A DNA stretch of 64,000 nt from Candidatus Gottesmanbacteria bacterium (lineage in GTDB: Bacteria > Patescibacteriota > Microgenomatia > UBA10105 > UBA927), in assembly GCA_023245335.1 (NCBI GenBank), contig JAHFKK010000001.1, positions 683,282-747,281 of the forward strand, read 5' to 3'. The position numbers were made by a program, and so were the translations under genes. Shown here piece by piece: positions 54,213 through 64,000 of this stretch. Each line of letters starts with the position of its first letter. Within the stretch, counting starts at the first letter, position 1. The notes under the pieces are model-generated. The model was not told where the DNA came from and searched no databases. It saw nothing but the letters and a program-made list of their open reading frames with translations.

Positions 54213-56621
54213 CTAATTTTCATGAAGTATATCCTCGGTTTTGTGTAGGCGGTCGAAGCGAAGCTTCCAGTGTCTGGCGCTGAAACCCGTTTGTGAATAT
54301 GCTTTCCACTTTGACGTTCCGTCTTCAAAAAGTTGTATCACCAGCACTTTATTCTCGTGTTTTCGCCACCACGGCCACCACCGTGGATTGTCTGGAGTCA
54401 CGCGTAATGTATAACTATCTTCGGAGGGTTCTAGAATGGTAATTTGACCGTCAGCATCTTGATATGTTTTGCCGTTTTTGTCAGTAAGGGAAGCGTGTGC
54501 GCCATCGACGACAATAAGAAGTGCAGTTGTTCTTCTCGTCGGTTTGATGAGTTGCTGATTTTGTTGCATTTGTCGTAAAAGAGGTTGTTGCTCAGTTGTA
54601 TCATTTAGAAAATCAATGATTGCCTGTATTCCTAACTGGTTGGTTACGAGTCCGGAGTGACTCAATGGTAGTGTGTGGTTTTCGACATCCGGGAGTTGGC
54701 CGCTGGTTGTAAGCACTGTACCGTCGCCATCTGCGTAGTATTTATTTCCGGTTGGTTTGCCGTCTAGCCAATTACCTAAACGCTGATCGAGACGACTAGG
54801 AGAGGTTACTTCAATTTGCTTTAGCGTGTCACGCCCCGTCCCTGTCAACGTGCCCATTCTTACTCCGAAAAAGGGAAAATTAAATGCGGTCGGTAGCCAA
54901 TTATTTTTAGCTGACATGGAAGACGCTGGTTTAAGACTGCCGGTTAGTTTATCTTTGAGATAGGGAAAAGTCGGAAGGATGTTTCGTATTGAAGGCAATA
55001 AATTGGCGACCGTTTCTCTGCCAGACCATCCATGACGAATAGAGCAGCCGATTTGCAACATGGTAAATGCGAGTCGCATGTTTACATCATCTATCCATAT
55101 TTCGCCACCTGACCAGGCAGGGTAGGCAAGCGCAACTCCTTCATGTGGTGTGCCGACGGTAAGAAAAGCATCAGTATGGCTACTCTCTTTGGTTGACTCC
55201 AGATACGCTCGTCCAACAAACCCACCCATACTATGACCGACTACGTCGACAACCTCATCTGATTCTCGGTTTTGATTTATGAAGGAATTCAATATTATTG
55301 CACTATCAGTAACTCGTTTTCGCCAGTCGTACCAGAATGGTATTGGCTGGTATCCTGCTGATGTAAGCCCAGTAAGGAGTGGTTGGTAAATATCCGCATT
55401 GGCGACAGTCCAATTCGACCAGTTGCCGCTATAACCGCTGGATTTACAATTAAGAAGCGCATCACGATTCCAACTACCACCAATCCCGGGAATAACGATA
55501 ACCTTTTTGGACGGTGACGGCGTTGGAGTAGGGTTGGGTGTTGGTGTGTTTGTCGGGGTGGGTATTGGTGTATTAGTAGGTGTTGGAATAGGAGTAGCTG
55601 TGGGGCGTGGCGTAGGAATGAACAAAGGAATTGGAATAGTTGGGTTTGTCGCATAGCCAATACTCCACTTGCCAGAACCCATACCGGAGTACCACATTTT
55701 ATATTCTCCATCATCGTGTAGTACAAATGGTTGGGTAACATAGTCCGAATCAAAACTACTTGATTCTCCCTTGTCTAATACAGGGTTTTGATCTTTTGGT
55801 TTTATCCATCCAATTCCGTCAGTTGAATATGCATAGACGAAGCGGGTGGGTGCATTTCCAGTGCCTGCCGCATACCACATGTGATAAATTCCATTTTCAA
55901 AAATAACATTTGGAAAACTTACGTTATTTAATTCCCACGTTTCCGTAGGTTCGATAACGGGAGCACTATTATTTTGTTTTATCCAGGTGCATCCATCGTT
56001 AGATGTTGCATAACCTATTCGCCAATAAGGGTTAGTCTCTACTGGGTTCTCGTTAGTCCCTGTATACCACATATGAAAAACACCGTCCTTATAAAGGATG
56101 GACTTGCCTCTGTTTATTCCTCCAGCATCCCATGTGCCTAAAGTTCCTTTCATTACACAATTTAATTTCACCCAGTTCGTCCCAAGGTCAGATTCCGCGT
56201 AACGCAATTCCATGCGATCTATTCCACCTTGAGCCCAAGTGGCTTTGACTGCTGAGTACCACATTCTGTATTTGCCTAATGCGTATACAATGGTTGGATC
56301 CTCATCTTCATTTTCCCATATGTTTGTTGAATCGGGGTAAATAATTGAGTAAGGAAGCCTATCCCATCCAGATATACCATTTAATGAAGTTGTATATCCT
56401 ATTTGCCATTTCGAATTTGTTCCCTGATACCACATTCTATAAGTACCGTTACCATATGTGACAAATGGGTTAGCAACATGTACACTATCCCAAATTCCTG
56501 GTAATCCTAGTCCAGAAAAAATAGGATTGTCAGGATATTTAGTCCATGATGAAGCGTCAACCATAGAAGATAACATAAAGAAAACTAGAAGAGAAAGAAG
56601 AAATCGAGAGCAGATTTTCAT
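54213..56621 (-). CDS. Secreted multidomain protein: signal peptide, beta-propeller glycoside-hydrolase-like repeats (GH43/32/130-like), Pro/Thr-rich linker, alpha/beta-hydrolase lipase-like domain
   Basis: 'MKICSRFLLSLLVFFMLSSMVDA' signal. Five repeats of 'G.Y.MWY.G...IGYATS.DG..W'. Linker 'PTIPIPLFIPTPRPTATPIPTPTNTPIPTPTNTPTPNPTPTPSPS'. C-terminal 'VVDVVGHSMGGFVGRAYLE' nucleophile elbow. Local GC about 38% against about 52% window average. Confidence 0.7.
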   Translation of the reverse strand: MKICSRFLLSLLVFFMLSSMVDASSWTKYPDNPIFSGLGLPGIWDSVHVANPFVTYGNGTYRMWYQGTNSKWQIGYTTSLNGISGWDRLPYSIIYPDSTNIWENEDEDPTIVYALGKYRMWYSAVKATWAQGGIDRMELRYAESDLGTNWVKLNCVMKGTLGTWDAGGINRGKSILYKDGVFHMWYTGTNENPVETNPYWRIGYATSNDGCTWIKQNNSAPVIEPTETWELNNVSFPNVIFENGIYHMWYAAGTGNAPTRFVYAYSTDGIGWIKPKDQNPVLDKGESSSFDSDYVTQPFVLHDDGEYKMWYSGMGSGKWSIGYATNPTIPIPLFIPTPRPTATPIPTPTNTPIPTPTNTPTPNPTPTPSPSKKVIVIPGIGGSWNRDALLNCKSSGYSGNWSNWTVANADIYQPLLTGLTSAGYQPIPFWYDWRKRVTDSAIILNSFINQNRESDEVVDVVGHSMGGFVGRAYLESTKESSHTDAFLTVGTPHEGVALAYPAWSGGEIWIDDVNMRLAFTMLQIGCSIRHGWSGRETVANLLPSIRNILPTFPYLKDKLTGSLKPASSMSAKNNWLPTAFNFPFFGVRMGTLTGTGRDTLKQIEVTSPSRLDQRLGNWLDGKPTGNKYYADGDGTVLTTSGQLPDVENHTLPLSHSGLVTNQLGIQAIIDFLNDTTEQQPLLRQMQQNQQLIKPTRRTTALLIVVDGAHASLTDKNGKTYQDADGQITILEPSEDSYTLRVTPDNPRWWPWWRKHENKVLVIQLFEDGTSKWKAYSQTGFSARHWKLRFDRLHKTEDILHEN
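55506..55646 (-). repeat. Low-complexity coding repeat (Pro/Thr linker; GGTGTTGG/GGTGTGGG-type units on the + strand)
   Basis: Seen directly as reiterated ggtgttgg / gtgggtattggtgt units within the 802-aa gene. Confidence 0.5.
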
Positions 56622-56725
56622 GAAAACAATATTAATTCTTGAGTCAAGTTTAGTATTTGATATTTATTGGAATTTGTCAGTGCGATAGTTAACATAAATA
56701 ATTTGTATTATCGATTCAATGCAAT

Positions 56726-57475
56726 ATGACAATTTCTGTAATTACCATTACTTCATCTCTCTCCATGTTTCGAGTTCAATCGTCGCTTGCTCTCACAGAC
56801 GTCGAGTGTGAAGTGCTTGTAGGAGTAAATGCGAAACAACAAAGCAAGCCGTTAGCAGATAATAAAATAAAGATATACTTTCAAAGTACACGAGTGTTGG
56901 GTATACGAAAAAATAATCTAATTAGTTTGGCTAAAGGAGATTGGATTTTATTGCTAGATACTGATGAGATTCCCTCGAAAGAATTATTGGATGAAATTAA
57001 AGATAAAGTTACTAACGGACCCGAAAATATCCATGGATATGAGATTCCGTATCAGAATTATGTGTTTGAGAAGCCGGTATACTATGGAGGGGAGCGGTAT
57101 AGCAAGGTGCGCCTTTTTCGGAAGAAATATGGCACAGTCACGCCGGTGCCGATACATGAGGAAGTTGTCGTACAAGGAAAAATCGGTAAACTAAACGGGG
57201 TCCTTCGCCATTATTCTTACCGCAACCCATGGCAGGTCCTCGTTAAGTTCACTCGATATGCATGGCTCATCGCGGGCGAGAAGAACAAGAAGAGGGAGTC
57301 AGTTACAGTCAGCAAACTATTCCTCTATGGCCCCCATATGTTCTGGGCGCGATGTATAGAGGAGGACGGATGGCGGGACGGATGGCGGGGGGTTGTGCTT
57401 GCAAAGTTTTTTGGGTATATGGAAGGCATGACCTATTGGTTACTTCTATGGCGAAGCCTCGTTCAACACATATAA
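56726..57475 (+). CDS. Glycosyltransferase family 2-like
   Basis: 'LAKGDWILLLDTDEIP' DxD region; AT-rich. Confidence 0.55.
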   Translation: MTISVITITSSLSMFRVQSSLALTDVECEVLVGVNAKQQSKPLADNKIKIYFQSTRVLGIRKNNLISLAKGDWILLLDTDEIPSKELLDEIKDKVTNGPENIHGYEIPYQNYVFEKPVYYGGERYSKVRLFRKKYGTVTPVPIHEEVVVQGKIGKLNGVLRHYSYRNPWQVLVKFTRYAWLIAGEKNKKRESVTVSKLFLYGPHMFWARCIEEDGWRDGWRGVVLAKFFGYMEGMTYWLLLWRSLVQHI

Positions 57476-58881
57476 TGTCGTGGATTTCGGATGTCGTATT
57501 TATTATTGCCGGGTTATCTGTGCATCTCTGGTATCTCTATCACACCACGTTCGTCGACTGGTCGGAGATGCTCCTGTATCCTTGGTTTTTGACAAAGGGA
57601 CTTCTGTATTACCGTGACATAGTATTGGCATACGTACCCGGCGCATATTATCTTTTGTTTGTCTTGTATAAGCTACTTGGATTCACCGTTTCGTCAGAGC
57701 GGATTATTGCGTACGGATTTATTTTACTTACGGATGTATTGGTATATGTAGCTTCCAAACGCCTGACCAAAAATAAGTGGTTCGCGGCGGCGAGTCTTGC
57801 CTTCTTTATCTTTTGGCAGCCGATATTTTATGGGAACACGATATGGTACGAGACTATATTGGCTCCAATCTATCTTCTTACACTTCTGGCCGTTAGTTCG
57901 TATTTCGAAAAACCCAATACAAATAATGCTTTCTCAATAGGGCTTATGCTTGCTCTCGCTTCGCTTATGAAGCAGACAGCAGTTTGGTCTATATTGGTTG
58001 TGTGCATAGCGGTTTGGCTAAGCGATCAAAAGAAACTCGTCGGATTTTGGCGGGCAATTGTCGTTGGGATTGTCCCAGTCGCTGCGAATGCACTCGTGTG
58101 GGCATATTTTTCATTCATGGGAGCCGGTAAAGAATATATTTACTGGTCATATGGTTTCCTTCTTTCTCTTTCGCGCGCATCCAGTGATTACGTACTTCTC
58201 CCGTCGCGCGGTGATCTGGTCACCATATTGCCCGCTTTTATACCGCTTGCCGTGATGCCATGGCTACGGAGAAACCGAACAGTTTGGCTGATATTATTTT
58301 GGACAGCGGCACTTATTACGGCCGGACTACCTCGATGGGGTCTTTTCCGTCTGCAACCGTCACTCGCCTTTGGGGCCATAGGATTGGCTCTATTAGTTAA
58401 AGAGATAGCTCAACGTAAAGCAAAGAAGATGACGGTAGCGGTCTGGCTGCTTGCTTTTATTATGTCTGTCGGCAGTTGGCGCAGTCTGCGAGTCTTCACC
58501 ACTATTCGTGATCGTATGCAGCCTCAGTTTTTTACGGGCACATACCAGAGCCTTCTCGATTTTTCCAGAATCCATCTCGATAAGCCGTTCTATATACTTG
58601 GTAATTACGACTATCTGTATTACGGTCTAGACAGACGCCCCACAGTACTTCCCTGGGTTCCGTTATTTCCGTGGAATGCCCAAGTGTCTGGCCTTCAGCA
58701 ACGGTTGATAATCTCATTAGAAGAACAAAAAGTGCCGTATATTCTCTATATGCCATTTCATGGAAACAGCGGCTACTATCTGGACTACATTCCAAAAGAG
58801 CTTCTCTTGTACGTTACTTCTAAGTATGAAAAAATAGTCGAGTTGCCAGTCGAAGGCGGATGGCTCTACGTAAGGAAATGA
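57475..58881 (+). CDS. Polytopic membrane protein, GT-C-like (candidate oligosaccharyl/polysaccharide transferase or polymerase)
   Basis: 468 aa, at least 10 TM segments; TAATG overlap with the upstream GT2. Sits within a GT cluster. Confidence 0.45.
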   Translation: MSWISDVVFIIAGLSVHLWYLYHTTFVDWSEMLLYPWFLTKGLLYYRDIVLAYVPGAYYLLFVLYKLLGFTVSSERIIAYGFILLTDVLVYVASKRLTKNKWFAAASLAFFIFWQPIFYGNTIWYETILAPIYLLTLLAVSSYFEKPNTNNAFSIGLMLALASLMKQTAVWSILVVCIAVWLSDQKKLVGFWRAIVVGIVPVAANALVWAYFSFMGAGKEYIYWSYGFLLSLSRASSDYVLLPSRGDLVTILPAFIPLAVMPWLRRNRTVWLILFWTAALITAGLPRWGLFRLQPSLAFGAIGLALLVKEIAQRKAKKMTVAVWLLAFIMSVGSWRSLRVFTTIRDRMQPQFFTGTYQSLLDFSRIHLDKPFYILGNYDYLYYGLDRRPTVLPWVPLFPWNAQVSGLQQRLIISLEEQKVPYILYMPFHGNSGYYLDYIPKELLLYVTSKYEKIVELPVEGGWLYVRK

Positions 58882-59654
58882 AGCCCACTATCGTATTTAT
58901 CATCATTGCCTATCATCCCAAACCGGAGGAGTTTGCCAGGTTACTAAGGATATTGCCTTCGGAGGAGACGGTGGTTGTGGATAACGGGCAGACGCTGGTA
59001 TCGGATGACGTGGGTCGGGCGACACTGCTCCCGCAATCCAGGAATTTGGGGTACGGAGCGGCCGCCAACATCGGCATCCGGCACGCCATAGCCCACGGCG
59101 CCGAGTGGTTTGTCGTCCTCAATCAGGATGTGACGATAAACCGCGCCGCGGTAGAGGAATTCACCAAACAGCTCCCCAAACTCGATCCCTGTGTGGCCGG
59201 CCCGTTCGGGGGAGGCATAGATCCTAAGCGCTGGACCACCATACTGCCTTCAGAACGCACGGATTATCTCTCCGGCTCATGTATAGCGATCCATAGCAAA
59301 GTCATTAAGAAAGTCGGGTATTTCTACGAGCCGTATTTCCTGTATTACGAAGAAGCGGATTATTGCGTACGGGCCAAACGTATGGGATTTCCCCTTAAGA
59401 AGCTCACGATAGAGGGAGTCACCCATGAAGAGTCAGTTTCCCTAGGGAGAGGCTCAGCTGCTCACCAATACTACCTCGCACGGAATCATTTCCTGTTTGT
59501 CGAACGCCAGGCGCCGGGCGACGTGAAGCTTCATGAGGCGTTGCGGTTTCCAAAAACATTCATGGAACACATGAGGCGTCATGAAAGGGGTGCGGCTATC
59601 GGGATCAGGGATTACTTCCTTCGCAGATTTGGTCCATATGGAGGTACGGCATGA
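58878..59654 (+). CDS. Glycosyltransferase family 2
   Basis: 'KPTIVFIIIAYHPKPEEF...' and 'FVVLNQDV' (DxD). ATGA overlap upstream. Confidence 0.7.
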   Translation: MKPTIVFIIIAYHPKPEEFARLLRILPSEETVVVDNGQTLVSDDVGRATLLPQSRNLGYGAAANIGIRHAIAHGAEWFVVLNQDVTINRAAVEEFTKQLPKLDPCVAGPFGGGIDPKRWTTILPSERTDYLSGSCIAIHSKVIKKVGYFYEPYFLYYEEADYCVRAKRMGFPLKKLTIEGVTHEESVSLGRGSAAHQYYLARNHFLFVERQAPGDVKLHEALRFPKTFMEHMRRHERGAAIGIRDYFLRRFGPYGGTA

Positions 59655-60760
59655 GAATCGGTATAGACGGCGGTGCATTGTCCATAACCGATGATCGGTT
59701 GAAAGTAGGCGTCTATCGCGTAGCCTATAACCTCGTGAAAGAAATGCAGGTATTAAATGCGAAAAATGACTATAGGGTTTATAGCTTCGGTAGGGGAGAG
59801 CGGGGTACTCATAGCCTCGCGGGACCGAATACGCACTTTGTACAGCTGATACGCCCCGGATATCAATCCATATGGCAGACGGTAGATATAGTGAAACATC
59901 CGATAGATGTGTATTTAGGTATTTCCCAAAGTATTCCCCTGTTGCCAAAGATATTGTGCGACGTCAGTACCATCGGGTTTATTTATGATGTCGGGTTTCT
60001 CGATTATCCCGAGTGTTATCCGGGCTCTGCGAATACCCTCAACCGTCAGACCGCGGCGCTCGTCGCCAGATCTAACCATATCATCACGATTACCGAGGCC
60101 TCCAAGGATGCGCTCAGACGGGCATACCATGTGCCTGATGGCCGGGTGAGCGTCGCCTACCTGGGGGTCGATTCTCATTTTACCGGGCGAGGAGAGGCGA
60201 AGAAGCCCAAGCATCCGTATTTTCTTTTCGTCGGATCGCTCAAACGGGGTAAAAACGTCCCGCTCATGCTCCGGGCGTTTGCCGATTTCCTCACCAGTGT
60301 CAAAACGATCTACGACTTCGTACTTGTCGGTGGTGATTATTGGATGGACCCGGAGATTCCGGATACTATCCGAGAGCTGGGTCTAGGTGACAGGGTGCAT
60401 ATAGTGGGACACGTGCCGGACGACGAGCTTTCTATGTATTATCGAGGAGCGGTCGCGCTTCTCTCGGCTTCGCTTATAGAAGGGTTCGGATTGCCTGCTG
60501 CGGAAGCGATGGCGTGCGGTCTACCCGTCATCGGTTCAAATATCGGTTCGTATGCGGAAGTCGTGGGGAAGGCCGGACTCCTCGTAAATCCGAAAGATCG
60601 CGCGGAAGTGACCCAGGCGATGCTCCGGTATACTCATGATGACGTATTCCGTATAGCATCTGTCGCGGCAGGTAAACATCAGGCTACCCAGTTCCGATGG
60701 CGCAGTTTCGCACGAGCAGTACTTACGGCCGCAGAGACGCTCTATCAATCCAAGTCATGA
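59651..60760 (+). CDS. Glycosyltransferase family 4
   Basis: 'MRIGIDGGAL' start and C-terminal 'LLSASLIEGFGLPAAEAMACGLPVIGS' motif. Confidence 0.75.
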   Translation: MRIGIDGGALSITDDRLKVGVYRVAYNLVKEMQVLNAKNDYRVYSFGRGERGTHSLAGPNTHFVQLIRPGYQSIWQTVDIVKHPIDVYLGISQSIPLLPKILCDVSTIGFIYDVGFLDYPECYPGSANTLNRQTAALVARSNHIITITEASKDALRRAYHVPDGRVSVAYLGVDSHFTGRGEAKKPKHPYFLFVGSLKRGKNVPLMLRAFADFLTSVKTIYDFVLVGGDYWMDPEIPDTIRELGLGDRVHIVGHVPDDELSMYYRGAVALLSASLIEGFGLPAAEAMACGLPVIGSNIGSYAEVVGKAGLLVNPKDRAEVTQAMLRYTHDDVFRIASVAAGKHQATQFRWRSFARAVLTAAETLYQSKS

Positions 60761-62343
60761 GCAAAAAAATTATCCTTGATGTCCTGTGGGGAGTAGCACT
60801 CGTGTGTGGCATCCTTTTGTGCCTTTGGGGGATAAATCTTCCGTACGTCGGTATAGATAATGCGAATAACAATTTTTTGGCGTTGGCATCGAAAAATTTT
60901 CTCCGTTTTGGCTATACGACGCTTCATTTCTTACCGACGTACTACGTCGGGAAGACTCTACCCGCTGTGATCCCGTATTATTTGCATCATCCCGTACTAT
61001 TTTTTCTGCTCGCCTCCGTACCGTTCCGGTTGTTTGGTAACGCTAATTGGGTTGTCCACGCAACCAACTTGGTGTTTGTGATCGCGTCGCTTTTCGTGCT
61101 TTATCACCTTGTCCGGGAAGCGGTGAACGAAGAGGCTGCACGATGGACCGTCGTATTTGCCGTTCTTATGCCGTGGTTTTCTTTTTTCTGGAAATACATT
61201 TTTTTTGAGCAGAGCAGTTTATTTTTTACCCTCACGACGCTCTACTTTTGTATCCGGTACTGGAAATCACAGCGGCCGATATATCTATGGGGGGTGGGTG
61301 TCGCGGCATTTTTGGGGGGTGCGACCGACTGGTATGGCGGATATCTAGCGTTCGGATTCCTGTACCTACTTTTCGCCCGCTCAGAGAAACGTATCTGGCC
61401 GACATTTTGGTCGTACGCATTAGGGGAGTTTCTCGGATTGGGTACATACTTCCTCGCGTTAGTACTGACCGGGAATGTCGGGGCCATCTGGAACGGGTAT
61501 TCCGCGCGTGGTGTCACAAGCGAGTTGAGTGCAGTGAGCTACTGGCCCTTGCGGTTAGTAGCCATCACTATTCTCCGGCTTTTGATCTATGGCTCCCCGC
61601 TTCTCGTTGTGAGTCTTTGGGCGTGGCTCCGTCGTAAGGGGACTGTGGGCAAGTCGCTCCTCTGGCACGTGGGCGTGATGCTTTTTATCGTCGGAATCAT
61701 CAATATGGTGGTTATGCCAAGTGCGACGTGGGGATTAAGTTACTTTTTGTATTATCTCGTGCCGTTTGCGGCCCTCGTCTGCGGGGTGTGGGTTGCGTCG
61801 ATTGCCAAACGATCTGTCGCTCTCGTTTACACGATTATTCTGATTCAGCTCTTTTGGTGTTTCGGCGTCACTGCGCTTAAGTTTACGCAAATGACGAAGC
61901 AGACGTGGCGATATGACTTCGGACGCGACGTCAGTCATATTGTGCCGCGTTACCAAAAGGTTGGGGTTCTGGAGTATCCGGGCGACGTGTTGCAAAACTA
62001 TTTTCTTATTGACGCACTCCCTATGTCAGAACCAAGTGTCGCCTCTTGGGTTGAACACGGTAAGCCCTCGGATATCCGGTATACGGTCGTGAGCTGTAAA
62101 GGAACCTGCACTTCCGAGGAGCTAGCATATTTGGAACGAGTGAGACAGAAGGTCGGCGTTCAGGAATTCCGGTACGGGCAGAATACCGGTTGGTTAGTAG
62201 ACCGTGAGTCAGCCGCCAATATAACGAAAGGTTCCCCCGCAGTGACAGAACGTGCACCTGAGCTGGAACCGCAGCGCGCGCCTTCCGGATTTCTTTACTG
62301 GTATCGTAAAGTCCGGGATTTTTTGGGCAGTACGCAAATATGA
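60757..62343 (+). CDS. Polytopic membrane glycosyltransferase, GT-C (PMT/ArnT family-like)
   Basis: N-terminal TM then 'GIDNANNNFLALASKNF' first-loop region and about 11 TM. ATGA overlap upstream. Confidence 0.5.
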   Translation: MSKKIILDVLWGVALVCGILLCLWGINLPYVGIDNANNNFLALASKNFLRFGYTTLHFLPTYYVGKTLPAVIPYYLHHPVLFFLLASVPFRLFGNANWVVHATNLVFVIASLFVLYHLVREAVNEEAARWTVVFAVLMPWFSFFWKYIFFEQSSLFFTLTTLYFCIRYWKSQRPIYLWGVGVAAFLGGATDWYGGYLAFGFLYLLFARSEKRIWPTFWSYALGEFLGLGTYFLALVLTGNVGAIWNGYSARGVTSELSAVSYWPLRLVAITILRLLIYGSPLLVVSLWAWLRRKGTVGKSLLWHVGVMLFIVGIINMVVMPSATWGLSYFLYYLVPFAALVCGVWVASIAKRSVALVYTIILIQLFWCFGVTALKFTQMTKQTWRYDFGRDVSHIVPRYQKVGVLEYPGDVLQNYFLIDALPMSEPSVASWVEHGKPSDIRYTVVSCKGTCTSEELAYLERVRQKVGVQEFRYGQNTGWLVDRESAANITKGSPAVTERAPELEPQRAPSGFLYWYRKVRDFLGSTQI

Positions 62344-63485
62344 AAAAGATAGCGATTGTCCGTGGGAAGTTTCTTAATCGGTACGAGATGCAACTCTTTG
62401 AGCCGCTCGTTAGCCGGTATGACCTCACGGCGTTTGGATCTCTCTCCCCGTTCCATGACCGGTTTGCGTTTCCTGTCGTCAAACTGCCCTCTCCCATGGA
62501 TCTCCCGCAATTTCCGTACAAGATGCCCATCCTGAACCGGTTGTTTGTCGATGCACAGTATCTTTTTGGTCTTGAAGAGAGGCTCCGCGGATTTGATCTG
62601 GTCCATACTGCTGAGACATATTTTCGATATACCCAACAGTGTCTCGATGCAAAAAGGCGAGGAATCGTCCGTCGGGTGATTGCGACTTCTTACGACAACA
62701 TACCGTTTAACAACGAAGGTATCTGGGGGAGGAAGAATTACAAGAAGCGGGCACGAACAGAGCTTGATCACATCATCGCAATTTCCCAAAAAGCCAAGGA
62801 AACATTGCTTACCGAGGGTGCCGATCCGTCCAAAGTGACCGTGATCGGCCATTATATCGACACAAAACGATTCGCGCCGCACGCTCATCACCTAACGAGA
62901 TTTTCCGACGCGAAAAGGAGAGATCTCACCATCCTTTTCGTCGGAAGATTGGAAACGTATAAAGGAGTACTGGACATATTGGATGCCGCCGCCTTTCTCG
63001 CCCGTGATTCGGAACTCACTCACTATTCCTTCCATGTTTTGTTTGTCGGAACGGGGAGTCAGCGAGGTGTCATGTTGGAGAAAGAGCGTCATATCGGGAA
63101 AAACTGGCACTTCAGCCATGAGAGTGCTACGTATAGTAAAATGCCGGATTACTACCGGAAAGCAGATATATTTGTCGCTCCCAGTACCCCTACGCCGACG
63201 TGGGAAGAACAATTTAACATCGCACTCCTTGAGGCCCAGGCGTCAGGCCTCCCGATCGTGACGACCCGTACCGGAAGCATACCGGAGAATGTCGGGCGTG
63301 CGGGAGTCGTGGTCCCCCCGGGTAATCCGCAGGCTCTTGCAACTGCTATCAAGGAATTCATCCTGAAGCCCAACAAGCGTATAGCATTTGCCCGTCTCGC
63401 CCGTTCCCGTGCGCTCGCCGTGCACGATACGGCTCTCGGAGCGGCCAAAATTGCCGATATCTACGAACGCGTCCTTAGTTTGTGA
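62340..63485 (+). CDS. Glycosyltransferase family 4
   Basis: C-terminal 'FVAPSTPTPTWEEQFNIALLEAQASGLPIVTT' E-x7-E motif. ATGA overlap upstream. Confidence 0.75.
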   Translation: MKKIAIVRGKFLNRYEMQLFEPLVSRYDLTAFGSLSPFHDRFAFPVVKLPSPMDLPQFPYKMPILNRLFVDAQYLFGLEERLRGFDLVHTAETYFRYTQQCLDAKRRGIVRRVIATSYDNIPFNNEGIWGRKNYKKRARTELDHIIAISQKAKETLLTEGADPSKVTVIGHYIDTKRFAPHAHHLTRFSDAKRRDLTILFVGRLETYKGVLDILDAAAFLARDSELTHYSFHVLFVGTGSQRGVMLEKERHIGKNWHFSHESATYSKMPDYYRKADIFVAPSTPTPTWEEQFNIALLEAQASGLPIVTTRTGSIPENVGRAGVVVPPGNPQALATAIKEFILKPNKRIAFARLARSRALAVHDTALGAAKIADIYERVLSL

Positions 63486-64000
63486 AGAGATAATAGAAGA
63501 TACCCATGGCGTTTATGAGGCAAAACGCCCCGGCAAGGAGAGGAAGTATCCCGCGGATAAGCCGTTTGCGATAGAGGATCTCAATAACAGTCGAAAGGCC
63601 GATCGCGATAATAGGAAGTGTGCTCACAAACATCCTGCCGCTGACGCTTGCCCCCTGCCACCACGTGCTCCAGCTTGCGACGATGAGTAATTCCGCTACA
63701 AAAACTGCGATATACGACCAGTACGTGCGCCACTTGAGCATAAGTCCGTAGATGCCGACGGCAACGATCGGCGTCCACAGCAACAGTCCGTTTGTCGGAG
63801 AAAATAACACGCCCAGGATATGCGGGTGCAGGAAATCGAAGTGTTCCCCTCCGGTAAGATACGGGTTTGCGAGCGATCCGTAGAGAGCGTACCAGGCAAA
63901 GAGTTGCGGGAGCATTGCGATAGCGAATCCTCCCAAGAGCGGGAGCCACCGGATCTTTTTCCAATAGGGGAAGATGAGTATCACAAAGACCGCATCCTGG
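63475..64000 (-). CDS. Partial polytopic membrane protein (GT-C-like), 5' end beyond window
   Basis: Minus-strand frame open to the window end. Multiple TM segments; convergent with the GT4 (overlapping stops). Confidence 0.4.
   Translation of the reverse strand, partial: QDAVFVILIFPYWKKIRWLPLLGGFAIAMLPQLFAWYALYGSLANPYLTGGEHFDFLHPHILGVLFSPTNGLLLWTPIVAVGIYGLMLKWRTYWSYIAVFVAELLIVASWSTWWQGASVSGRMFVSTLPIIAIGLSTVIEILYRKRLIRGILPLLAGAFCLINAMGIFYYLFTN

Noticed and set aside
57471-57476. TATAAT hexamer at the GT2/membrane-protein junction
   Set aside because: It coincides with the TAATG stop/start overlap (translational coupling) and is probably not a promoter.
1-64000. CRISPR arrays, transposases/integrases, rRNA genes, parS sites
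   Set aside because: No regularly spaced direct repeats, no DDE/tyrosine-recombinase-like ORFs, no rRNA-like conserved stretches and no parS-like 16-bp palindrome were seen on reading both strands. Absence is by eye only.

Overview
This 64-kb window looks like a Patescibacteria/CPR-type genome segment. It is gene-dense (about 60 CDS), about 50-55% GC, has short proteins such as a 187-aa RecO, and carries a DUF4012 protein. The core is a complete, co-linear division/cell-wall (dcw) cluster on the + strand: mraZ-rsmH-ftsL-ftsI-murE-pgeF-murC-murB-murA-(GlmU-like)-(hydrolase)-murF-[DegT, CvpA-CAP, MBL, holin-like, FemAB, dgkA]-mraY-ftsW-murG-ftsQ-ftsA-ftsZ, spanning 14.7-38.5 kb. Both ends of the window are surface-glycosylation loci (GT-C membrane transferases, GT4/GT2, a priming sugar transferase, a ManC-like enzyme). 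Downstream of ftsZ lies an AT-richer accessory island of small hypothetical genes plus a secreted phosphoesterase. It is followed by ileS with a structured T-box-like leader, a second SEDS gene, rplU-(RNA methyltransferase)-rpmA, an orphan parB, lepB, tRNA-Val, an RDD-TPR protein, CsaA and a thermonuclease. A second cluster of small unknown ORFs follows at 52.0-54.2 kb, then an AT-rich (about 38% GC) 802-aa secreted multidomain protein. No transposase, integrase, CRISPR array or rRNA was seen. A recurring signal is a -10-like hexamer ending 7-9 nt before the start codon at at least 15 genes, which implies widespread leaderless transcription. Everything here is read by eye from the sequence; domain calls rest on recognisable motifs and have not been checked by any search.
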